Of a DNA stretch of 41,813 nt, positions 25,618 through 32,716 are shown piece by piece; within the stretch, counting starts at the first letter, position 1, and every line of letters begins with the position of its first letter. The notes below the pieces were generated by a model. That model was not told where the DNA came from. It did no database searches and saw only the letters and a program-made list of their open reading frames with translations. This DNA comes from a virus: the IMG/VR virus record IMGVR_UViG_3300045988_117360; one strand, written 5' to 3'. The position numbers were made by a program, and so were the translations under genes.

Positions 25618-26303
25618 ACAAAGGTATTTTACAGGCTATTGAGGTACTTTGCACTGACATAGTTGCAAGCGCAGAAGCAGAAGAAAACCAAAAGAGAGCA
25701 AATGCGGTTTTAGCCCTTGCTTTTGCCGGGAAGCTTACGCCCGAGGAAATTAAAGCAAAAGGCTCTGCAGCGGAGGCGGAAAAGAACAAAATCAAAATTC
25801 CAAAACCCGGCGATCGATTTGAGTATAATGACGTTATGTTTACTGTTCTCGGAGAGGAACAGGGCGGCGTGCTTGCTATTGTTTCGGAGTTGCTTTTACA
25901 GAGAATGCCGTTTGACGAAAGTAGAAAAAACAACTGGCGCACTTCTTCGCTTCGTAAATATCTTAACGGAGAGTATCTCGAACAATTCAATCGCGGCGAC
26001 CTCCTCCCGTTTGTATCGGACTTGACCGCCGACGACGGTATGAAAGACTACGGCACCGCCGAGGATTACGTTTTCCTTCTCTCGTGCGACCTTTACCGCA
26101 AATACAGAGAGTTTGTGCCGCGCTTTAAGGGCCGGTGGAGTACTCTTACGCCTTGGACCTGCATTACGGGATCCTCTCTCATGCGAGCCGTCAGTTCCGA
26201 CGGCACGGCGGATACCAGCTTTTCGGGCATCATTAGCGGCGTAGCCCCTGCTGTTTTGCTTAATCCTAGAGTATTTGAATCATCCGCTGTGTCGGAGAGG
26301 TAG
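25614..26303 (+). CDS. G+C-rich foreign gene; protein with an NNWRTSSLRKYLNGEY-type motif (DUF6273-like, from memory)
   Basis: 229-aa ORF. The composition is visibly richer in G+C and CpG than the flanks (for example CCGCCGACGACGG, GGCACCGCCGAGG). A long antisense shadow ORF (25598..25990), typical of higher-GC DNA, is present. Confidence 0.6.
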   Translation: MNKGILQAIEVLCTDIVASAEAEENQKRANAVLALAFAGKLTPEEIKAKGSAAEAEKNKIKIPKPGDRFEYNDVMFTVLGEEQGGVLAIVSELLLQRMPFDESRKNNWRTSSLRKYLNGEYLEQFNRGDLLPFVSDLTADDGMKDYGTAEDYVFLLSCDLYRKYREFVPRFKGRWSTLTPWTCITGSSLMRAVSSDGTADTSFSGIISGVAPAVLLNPRVFESSAVSER

Positions 26304-26384
26304 AGCTGGAGATATCCATCTCTTGCAGTTAGTTAATTAAAGAGAGTACTGAATAATAAACTAAAAATTTTTGTTTCAGTGCAC

Positions 26385-26413
26385 TTGATTTTCTTTAAAT
26401 TTTATATTATAAT
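26385..26413 (+). promoter_or_regulatory. promoter module copy 7 (TTGATT-17-TATAAT)
   Basis: GTGCACTTGATTTTCTT, a 17-nt spacer, TATAAT, then RBS GAAAGGAGGG and the ATG at 26436. Confidence 0.7.
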
Positions 26414-26435
26414 ATAAACAGAAAGGAGGGAAGAT

Positions 26436-27185
26436 ATGAACGTTATTGATTTTGAGCACTACTCAAATAGTGAGGACCCCATCTTTGCGCTGGTATACGG
26501 AGCTAGTGGTACTGGCAAAACTCATTTGATGGGTACGGTTGGCGAGCTTGGTAAGACTCTTTTGATTGATATTGACAAGGGTTTCAAGACCGTTGCATTT
26601 GCAGCAGATCTAGCCAAGGCTCGAGAAAACATCACTATTACGTCGTTTGACTCTTTTGGAGACTTGGACACGGCGTATAAGTTGGTGGACAAGAATGACC
26701 CGGATACGTGGAATAACTTTTTCAAACAAGAGCTGGTGCAACAGCCTTTTGATTGGGTTATCTGGGATACGTGGTCAGAGATACAGTGGTACATGTCTCA
26801 ACAGCTTCGTAAAAACGAGCAGATATCCGGTACTGGATTAAATTTTCGAAAAAATTTGCAGATCCAGCACTGGGGTGCACTGACGGATTTAAATAAACTT
26901 GCAATAGAAACTCTACGCAATTGCAAGGTGAATCAGATCTTTACAATGCAAGAGACAATGACTAGAGACGAGTTGAGCGGTCAGATTACAGGCGGTCCTG
27001 CTATTCACGGCAAGCTTGTTCAAGAGATGCCTGCGTACTTCGATGTAGTTGTACATACATACGTAGATATACAGGGCAGGTTTATCGGTTCAACTAAGCC
27101 AAAAGGTAAGTGGCCGGCTAAAACGCGTCTGAGTGAAAACGCAGAGATAGTAAATCCTACTGCTAAAAAGCTATTTGCAGTATAG
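26436..27185 (+). CDS. RecA-fold AAA ATPase (Sak4-like recombination/replication protein)
   Basis: Walker A LVYGASGTGKTH and Walker B-like VIWDTWSE. About 250 aa, as in phage Sak4-type ATPases. Confidence 0.7.
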   Translation: MNVIDFEHYSNSEDPIFALVYGASGTGKTHLMGTVGELGKTLLIDIDKGFKTVAFAADLAKARENITITSFDSFGDLDTAYKLVDKNDPDTWNNFFKQELVQQPFDWVIWDTWSEIQWYMSQQLRKNEQISGTGLNFRKNLQIQHWGALTDLNKLAIETLRNCKVNQIFTMQETMTRDELSGQITGGPAIHGKLVQEMPAYFDVVVHTYVDIQGRFIGSTKPKGKWPAKTRLSENAEIVNPTAKKLFAV

Positions 27186-27192
27186 TACTAAT

Positions 27193-27241
27193 GAGAGTTT
27201 TGTAATACCTTGACACCCTCTCATAAAACAAAAATAAAAGG
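27193..27241 (+). promoter_or_regulatory. candidate preQ1-I-like riboswitch (H-type pseudoknot sequestering the SD) in the leader of the YhhQ-like gene
   Basis: P1 is GAGAG (27193-97) with CTCTC (27218-22). ACACCCTCT followed by an A-rich tail matches ACACCCUCUAUAAAAAA of the B. subtilis queC aptamer as I remember it. P2 is CCTT (27208-11) with AAGG (27238-41) inside the SD AAGGAG. L1 is longer than in canonical aptamers. Confidence 0.35.
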
Positions 27242-27248
27242 AGTAAGT

Positions 27249-27983
27249 ATGTTGAAGAAGTTTATTAAAGATTATCAGAGATTATTAAGAAATGTTCCAT
27301 CCGATGTCATTGCTTTATTTACACTATCTGTAGTGTTGATGAACTTGTTGGCTAATAAGGAAATTGATTTTGGAGTTTCGTGGCTAGCCCTAGACTGTGG
27401 CTTCACTCTTTCGTGGTTAAGCTTCCTGTGCATGGATATGATAACTAAACGGTTTGGACCTAAAGCATCTGTTAAGATATCTATGTTTGCTATTTTTGTA
27501 AACCTGGTATCGTGTCTGGTGTTTTACGGTGTATCCAAAATTCCAGGAAACTGGGGAGAGTTTTATACGTATGGACTTCCTGAGGTAAACCAGAGCTTAG
27601 ATGCAACTATAGGAGGTACATGGTACGTATTACTTGGAAGTACGATAGCTTTTGCAGTTTCCTCGGTTGTGAATGCTGGTATAAATGCTCTTATCGGAAA
27701 GTTGCGAGCTTCAGATACTTTTAAGGATTTTGCATTAAGGTCATACATATCTACATTAGTAGCTCAGTTTGTAGACAATATGCTCTTCGCATTGATTGTA
27801 AGTCATACGTTCTTTGGTTGGTCGTTCCTTCAGTGTGTTACATGTTCGCTGACAGGTTGCATCTTAGAACTACTGTGCGAGATTGTCTTTAGTCCTATTG
27901 GCTATAAGGTGTGCAAAAGATGGCAACACGATAATGTTGGAGCTGAGTATCTAGATGTGGAGGTAAATAATGACAATAAATAG
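27249..27983 (+). CDS. yhhQ: YhhQ/VUT-family queuosine-precursor (preQ0/preQ1) transporter
   Basis: Polytopic membrane protein of about 244 aa. The blocks FLCMDMITKRFGPKAS and RSYISTLVAQFVDNMLFALIV parallel the E. coli YhhQ blocks (ATDLTVRIFG..., PTASTLFGNVSDTLAFFFIAF). Start trimmed to the ATG at 27249 (RBS AAAGGAG). Confidence 0.65.
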   Translation: MLKKFIKDYQRLLRNVPSDVIALFTLSVVLMNLLANKEIDFGVSWLALDCGFTLSWLSFLCMDMITKRFGPKASVKISMFAIFVNLVSCLVFYGVSKIPGNWGEFYTYGLPEVNQSLDATIGGTWYVLLGSTIAFAVSSVVNAGINALIGKLRASDTFKDFALRSYISTLVAQFVDNMLFALIVSHTFFGWSFLQCVTCSLTGCILELLCEIVFSPIGYKVCKRWQHDNVGAEYLDVEVNNDNK

Positions 27984-28644
27984 TTTTCCTGAGCGGGCTG
28001 TAGTTACAGGAGCAAGCAGCGGCATTGGAGCTGCTACAGTTAGACAGCTGCTGCATGCTGGTTACGAGGTAATTGGTATAGACGTGTCAGACGCTATGCC
28101 AGAGGTTCATTCAGGGTACACACATGTAGTAGCAGATGTGTCTCAGAAGAGTAGCTTGCCGGATATATCTCAAGTGCAGATTCTTATAAACAATGCCGGG
28201 ACGCAGGTAGATGCAGATGCTATAAATACGAATCTAACGGGTGTGATAAACTGCACTGAAAAGTACGGATTTCAGCCTTATATTAGGGCAATAGTAAACG
28301 TTGCGTCTACTAGTGCACATACTGGAGCTGAATTTCCTAGATATGCTGCAAGTAAGGGTGGCGTTTTAGCTTATACTAAGTATACAGCCTTACAGGTAGC
28401 TAAGTACAAAGCTACGTGTAATAGTATTTCTCCTGGAGGTGTAATCACAGAAGCGAATCATCACATCTTACAGTCAAGAGATATGTATGCAGCGTGCTTA
28501 GATGAGACCTTACTTAAACGCTGGGCTACTCCGAAAGAGATTGCAGAGTGGATTTGCTTCATAGCTGCGACTAACTTGAGTATGACAGGGCAGGATATCA
28601 TAATTGATAATGGAGAGATAACCAAATCAAACTTTATATGGTAA
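27970..28644 (+). CDS. classical short-chain dehydrogenase/reductase (SDR), substrate unknown
   Basis: TGASSGIGAA (TGxxxGxG), NNAG, and catalytic S...YAASK (YxxxK). Its start overlaps the YhhQ-like stop by 14 nt. Confidence 0.8.
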   Translation: MTINSFPERAVVTGASSGIGAATVRQLLHAGYEVIGIDVSDAMPEVHSGYTHVVADVSQKSSLPDISQVQILINNAGTQVDADAINTNLTGVINCTEKYGFQPYIRAIVNVASTSAHTGAEFPRYAASKGGVLAYTKYTALQVAKYKATCNSISPGGVITEANHHILQSRDMYAACLDETLLKRWATPKEIAEWICFIAATNLSMTGQDIIIDNGEITKSNFIW

Positions 28645-28715
28645 TCACACCTTGGCCAGGTGATTACATATATTCGTCTCGCTTGTGACAGAGTAGATAC
28701 GAAAATGCATAAGAT

Positions 28716-28754
28716 TATGGACACGCTTAGTTGGTAGAGCAGTTCAAATCGCAG
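28716..28754 (+). pseudogene. possible tRNA remnant (D-arm plus T-loop-like segment, no foldable cloverleaf)
   Basis: GCTTAGTTGGTAGAGC is a textbook D-arm, followed directly by AGTTCAAATC (T-loop-like). No acceptor or anticodon pairing could be found. Confidence 0.25.
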
Positions 28755-28960
28755 AGGGCAGACTTCTCTTGATACACTAAGTCTGCAGTATAAAATTAGC
28801 GTAGATAGAGTTACAGCGCTGAGCCTGCTCTCTACAGTAGGTACTCGGGGCTAGAATGAGTTTCTTGGTCAAAAGAATTGCGTGGATCAAGGCAGCTCAG
28901 ATGCAGAGTAGTCTTTGGCATAGATCGCTTAGTCCCGAGTACATCCTTTTTAAAGTATAT

Positions 28961-29047
28961 GCAGATATGGCGGAATTGGCAGACGCAATGGACTTAAAAT
29001 CCATTGATAGAAATATCGTACGGGTTCAAGTCCCGTTATCTGCACCA
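28961..29047 (+). tRNA. tRNA-Leu (anticodon UAA), class II
   Basis: 87-nt cloverleaf folded by hand. Acceptor GCAGATA/TATCTGC. D arm GCG-GAATTGGCAGA-CGC. Anticodon arm ATGGA-CTTAAAA-TCCAT. Long variable arm GATA-GAAA-TATC. T arm ACGGG-TTCAAGT-CCCGT. Encoded ACCA end. Confidence 0.9.
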
Positions 29048-29049
29048 GA

Positions 29050-29121
29050 GAACGTATTGCAGTAATATTTCGTAGTGTTTCCTTCCTTAAAAATACTTTC
29101 ACCTCTCGCTGCAATACGTTC
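29050..29121. repeat. perfect 13-bp inverted repeat (GAACGTATTGCAG / CTGCAATACGTTC) bracketing the 46-nt spacer between the two tRNA genes
   Basis: Arms at 29050-62 and 29109-21, read directly from the sequence. Confidence 0.85.
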
Positions 29122-29128
29122 CATATAT

Positions 29129-29236
29129 GCCGAGATGATCCAATGGTAGAGGTACTACGTGGCCACGCCCGAACAAGACTTCCCGTTCGGGAGAAAGTAG
29201 TAGGTATTGCAGGTTCGATTCCTGCTCTCGGCACCA
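29129..29236 (+). tRNA. aberrant 108-nt tRNA-like gene: normal acceptor, D and T arms, but an expanded bipartite anticodon arm; isotype undetermined
   Basis: Acceptor GCCGAGA/TCTCGGC plus ACCA. T arm GCAGG-TTCGATT-CCTGC. D loop AATGGTAG. Between them TACTAC (29153-58) pairs with GTAGTA (29197-202), enclosing a 7-bp hairpin CCCGAAC/GTTCGGG capped by the 10-nt loop AAGACTTCCC. No 5-bp/7-nt anticodon arm exists in any register. Confidence 0.5.
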
Positions 29237-29393
29237 GACCTCCGAAGCACGCGCGCAGCTACGTCTAATCTGTATAATTCGGAGATAAAGCAGGCGGGAA
29301 TGATTGAGCAACTATCCTAGTTAAGTACAAAGTTGCTCATAAATTAGAGCTGACCAAGCCTAGTATGGTAGAGGATGACCTCGAAGGAGTATT

Positions 29394-29735
29394 ATGTTAA
29401 ATCTGGATTTTAGTTCTGTAAAATCTTTGGAGCCGTTGGAAGAAGGTATATACGAGCTCGAGATTACAAAAGTTGAAGAGAAGGTTGCGTCAAGCGGTAA
29501 CCCGATGCTTACAGTTGAGTTTTCCACAGATGGACGTAAGATATGGGAAAACTACGTCCTCATCGATAAGTGTCTGTTTAAGCTGAAGGAGCTGTTCGAT
29601 GCATTAGGAATCGATACAAGCGAGATTGTAGAGATGGATGTTCAGGATCTAGTAGGTTCGAGTGTAAAAGCTAAGGTTATACAGGATGAGTATGACAACC
29701 GTATTTTAAATCGTATCGCAAAGATCCTTAAATAA
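29394..29735 (+). CDS. DUF669-like phage protein (often annotated as ssDNA-binding/recombination accessory)
   Basis: 113 aa. The N-terminus MLNLDFSSVKSLEPLEEGIYELEITKVEEKVASSGNPMLTVEF follows the DUF669 pattern as I remember it. Confidence 0.5.
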   Translation: MLNLDFSSVKSLEPLEEGIYELEITKVEEKVASSGNPMLTVEFSTDGRKIWENYVLIDKCLFKLKELFDALGIDTSEIVEMDVQDLVGSSVKAKVIQDEYDNRILNRIAKILK

Positions 29736-29746
29736 GTTCTGCAGCT

Positions 29747-29782
29747 AGAGGGGCAGTATACGCTGCTCCTCTGCATTTATTT
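29747..29782 (+). terminator. hairpin with T-rich tail (terminator/attenuator) ahead of the primase-helicase gene
   Basis: AGAGGGGCAG-TATACG-CTGCTCCTCT (one mismatch) followed by GCATTTATTT. RBS AAGGAGG and the ATG at 29794 follow immediately. Confidence 0.4.
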
Positions 29783-29793
29783 AAGGAGGCTAT

Positions 29794-32475
29794 ATGTTTT
29801 ACGAGCAATTTGTAACTTTTGAACACAAGTCTGGGGATACTCAGATATATGCAAAATGTCCGTTACATGTGGAAGACACAGCATCTTTCACTGTAAATAC
29901 TGAAACAGGGGAATGGTATTGCCACGGTTGCGGTAAAGGCGGCGCGGAGAAAGAGTTTATACACTACTACTACGATGTTCCCTTAGACATAGCTAAGAAA
30001 GCTTTTATGCAATGGGAGAAGAAAGGTACGTTACCCTTTCCCACGGAGGAGCAGATCGAAGCTTACCATAAGAAATTACTAGAAAAACCTAGAGAGGTAG
30101 AGTACCTTCAGAGTGCAGGTATTTCTAGAGAGGTCATAGACGAGTTTAAGCTTGGAATTGACGATTGCAGAATCACTATTCCGATAAAGTCTAGGACAGG
30201 ACAATACGTTAATATACGTAAGTATTTACCGCCACATAGACGCTTGGAAGGCAGTAATAATGCGAAGTGTATAAACCTTCGTGGTCTAGGCAGCAAGAGA
30301 TACTTTCCATACGAGGCTTTCGAGCAAGATACTATCTATGTTGTAGAAGGCGAGAAAGATTGCTTAGCTGCTAGGTCGCAAGGTTTAAATGCAGTTACGG
30401 GTACAGGTGGAAGCGCCATTCCAACAGAAGAACTAATGCTGTTTAAGGCAAAGAATGTTTATTTAATGTTGGATACGGATACAGTAGGTAAGCGTAATGT
30501 AAAGAACTATATAAATATGCTCAGAACTATCGCAAAGAGCATTCATGTAGTGGAGTTACCTACTAAAGACTACTCAGATTACTACGTAGAGTACGGTGCT
30601 GCTCCAATAGAGTCGTATATTAAATCCGTCGAGGAAGTTCAATCAGCTGAAGATAATGTTGAGGCTCCGGATTTATCCTTGGTAAAGAGTGAGTTTACAG
30701 AGCACTTAAATACCTGGGTAAAGCTACATAAGATGAGTGTAGTAGGTGCAGAACCTAAGGTATACACTATCCCTACTCGACTTAAAGCGGTGTGCCGGAA
30801 TGCAAAGTGTAGTAAGCCGTGTCCGCTAGCTTGCGCAGGTGTAGACGAATCTGTTCAGATAGTAGACGTTGATCCAAGGCAGATATTACAATTTGTAGAT
30901 GCTGCGGACTCAGCTCAGGATTCTTACTTGCGAAAGATGTTCGGATGCAAGTCTGTTGCGGCAGAGCCGGTAGAGTATATTAATGTTCAGAAGATAATCT
31001 TTCAAGAGAGCGCTAGTTTCATAGATGGCATTGAAGAGGCTTCGTTCGAGAGTCGCTACGGAATATATATGTACACAGACTACAGGCTTTCCGCAACATT
31101 AAAGTACGACTTTGAGGCATGTAGAGTAACAGATCCTAGAACACAGCAAAATTATTATGTCATTAAGAGTGCGGAGGCTGTAGGAACGTCTAATCCAGGA
31201 ATTACAGAAGGCGCTGTGGAGTACTTTCGAAGTATAGCTTCGAAGCATGACTCAGCTTTAGGTCTTCTGCAAGAGTATTACGAAGAATGGATGCCTACAT
31301 TGGCGATAGAAGGTCGACTTGATCTGTTTGGTGCTGTGATGCTTACGTATTGCAGTGTTACGGAGATTCCGTGGCAAAACGACTATTTGAAAGGCTGGTT
31401 AGACATTCTGTGCATAGGAGATACTCGTACTGGTAAATCTCAATTAGCACAGAGATTTGTAAAACATCTGGGCATGGGTAGCTACATTAACGGTGAGAAC
31501 GCTAGACGAACCGGTGTTATCGGAGGTGTTCAACGTTTTGGAGATTCTTGGGTAGTTACCTGGGGTGCAATTCCTATGAATGACCGAGGCTTGTTGATTA
31601 TCGATGAGGCCTCCGGCTTGGAGATAGACGATATCAAAGACCTGTCTTCGACTCGTTCTAGTGGTGCCGTAACCTTAAATAAAATTGTAAAGGGAGAAGC
31701 TAGAGCTCGTACACGGCTGTTGTGGCTGTCTAATCCGCGAAGTGGTAAAAACTTAGCAGATTACTACTGGAAAGGATATGGAGCTTTTCAGGAGTTTATT
31801 CCGGTTGTTGAAGACCAGGCTAGATACGATTTAGTAATTACAGCTGCTAGAGAGGATGTAGACGTACTTAATGGTGTCGAGTCAGACAAAACCCCGGACA
31901 TGGAGCTTTGGCGTAGTCTTATTACCACAGCATGGACGCTGCCCGGAGATCGAATTCGTATTACTGCCGATGTGCGGTCAGCTATAAAAGCCGCTGCACA
32001 TAGCTTGAATGGAGACTACAGTGGAGGTCCGCTAATTGTTGGTGTAGCAGTACACGAGAAGATTTTAAGATTATCTTGCGCTTTTGCAGTTCTATGCGGA
32101 GATATATACGAGGGTACACTAGAGGTAAGCACGAAGCACGTAGCGTATGCTGAAGAGTTTATACGGTTTACGTTAGATAAAGCTTCTTTTGGCTACAGAG
32201 ACTATATGCGAGAGTTCCGAAGAGCGCAGACTAAACGTCAGGACAATATCAGTTATATTAGAGGTATCATAGCTTTGCATCCTGCGTTAAAGGTGCTGTT
32301 ATCGTCAAGTGGCTTCAAGGGCTACCAGTTTCAGGAGATTCTCGGAATAGATCGTTCAGAGAGTTCTAAGATAATGTCTGATCTCATTACTAGAGGATTG
32401 CTACGTCCGTCGTCTGGTGCAACCTACGTTCCAGATAAATTACTTATGGAGATAGCAAAGCAAATGGAGGATTAA
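29794..32475 (+). CDS. DnaG-type primase (CHC2 zinc finger + Toprim) fused to an MCM-like AAA+ helicase domain
   Basis: Zinc finger CPLHVEDTASF...WYCHGCGKGG. Toprim motifs VVEGEKDCLAA and LMLDTDTVGK. C-terminal GDTRTGKSQLA (Walker A), LLIIDEASGL (Walker B) and ...ARTRLLWLSNP parallel the MCM GDPGxxKS / IDEFDK / AAANP blocks. Confidence 0.75.
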   Translation: MFYEQFVTFEHKSGDTQIYAKCPLHVEDTASFTVNTETGEWYCHGCGKGGAEKEFIHYYYDVPLDIAKKAFMQWEKKGTLPFPTEEQIEAYHKKLLEKPREVEYLQSAGISREVIDEFKLGIDDCRITIPIKSRTGQYVNIRKYLPPHRRLEGSNNAKCINLRGLGSKRYFPYEAFEQDTIYVVEGEKDCLAARSQGLNAVTGTGGSAIPTEELMLFKAKNVYLMLDTDTVGKRNVKNYINMLRTIAKSIHVVELPTKDYSDYYVEYGAAPIESYIKSVEEVQSAEDNVEAPDLSLVKSEFTEHLNTWVKLHKMSVVGAEPKVYTIPTRLKAVCRNAKCSKPCPLACAGVDESVQIVDVDPRQILQFVDAADSAQDSYLRKMFGCKSVAAEPVEYINVQKIIFQESASFIDGIEEASFESRYGIYMYTDYRLSATLKYDFEACRVTDPRTQQNYYVIKSAEAVGTSNPGITEGAVEYFRSIASKHDSALGLLQEYYEEWMPTLAIEGRLDLFGAVMLTYCSVTEIPWQNDYLKGWLDILCIGDTRTGKSQLAQRFVKHLGMGSYINGENARRTGVIGGVQRFGDSWVVTWGAIPMNDRGLLIIDEASGLEIDDIKDLSSTRSSGAVTLNKIVKGEARARTRLLWLSNPRSGKNLADYYWKGYGAFQEFIPVVEDQARYDLVITAAREDVDVLNGVESDKTPDMELWRSLITTAWTLPGDRIRITADVRSAIKAAAHSLNGDYSGGPLIVGVAVHEKILRLSCAFAVLCGDIYEGTLEVSTKHVAYAEEFIRFTLDKASFGYRDYMREFRRAQTKRQDNISYIRGIIALHPALKVLLSSSGFKGYQFQEILGIDRSESSKIMSDLITRGLLRPSSGATYVPDKLLMEIAKQMED

Positions 32476-32476
32476 A

Positions 32477-32716
32477 ATGGATAAAACTGTTGTTGATAAA
32501 TATTTTAAAAAGTTTCCGAAGCTTCCTATTTTTATAGGTGCCGGAAATATTAGTCTCAAAGCGGCTCGACAGATTTTAGATGTCGATAGATACTATATGT
32601 ATGATATGTATCTAGAGCTGTTGCAAGCTGGAGCAATAAGAGCGTCTAGTAGCAACACTTTTCGAGCTACGCCTGAGTTAAAAGCTTATTTAGAGGAGAT
32701 GAATAAGAATGACTAA
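32477..32716 (+). CDS. small hypothetical protein (possible wHTH)
   Basis: 79-aa ORF tightly coupled to its neighbours. Confidence 0.55.
   Translation: MDKTVVDKYFKKFPKLPIFIGAGNISLKAARQILDVDRYYMYDMYLELLQAGAIRASSSNTFRATPELKAYLEEMNKND

Noticed and set aside
27210-27238. TTGACA at 27210 as the -35 of a promoter for the YhhQ-like gene
   Set aside because: The best -10 at 17-nt spacing is only AATAAA, and a start there would leave almost no leader. The same bases fit better as part of the riboswitch-like fold. It is not excluded.
19551-27248. Longer N-terminal extensions offered by the track (19551, 20851 GTG, 22031, 23567, 27210 TTG, 34178, 41271)
   Set aside because: In each case an internal ATG has a proper GGAGG-type RBS at 6-9 nt. 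The extension either runs through a promoter module (23567) or overlaps the upstream gene without an RBS. The trimmed starts are inferences, not proven.
28716-28960. tRNA interrupted by a group I intron (a D-arm at 28725 followed by ~230 nt before tRNA-Leu)
   Set aside because: There is no matching 3' exon: no anticodon-stem partner, T arm or acceptor complement before 28960. I recognised none of the conserved group I core elements. It was downgraded to a possible tRNA remnant or structured leader.
18574-29236. Stop-codon (TAG) reassignment, suggested by the TAG-saturated tract together with phage-encoded tRNAs
   Set aside because: Genes are full-length and tightly packed under the standard code, and TAG is used as a real stop (for example 1640..2056 ends with TAG). 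tRNA-Leu has anticodon UAA, which reads UUA. The aberrant tRNA-like gene offers no CUA, UCA or UUA anticodon in a proper loop. Even with TAG read as sense, the tract has no start codon and soon meets TAA.
28856-29311. Track ORFs 28856..29065 (+), 28950..29234 (-) and 29099..29311 (-)
   Set aside because: They overlap the tRNA genes and their spacer, lack ribosome-binding sites and have odd composition. They are almost certainly not coding.
29305-29339. 9-bp hairpin TGAGCAACT...AGTTGCTCA after the tRNA-like gene, as a terminator
   Set aside because: The loop is 17 nt and there is no downstream T-run (TAAATTAG follows), so it cannot be called an intrinsic terminator with any confidence.
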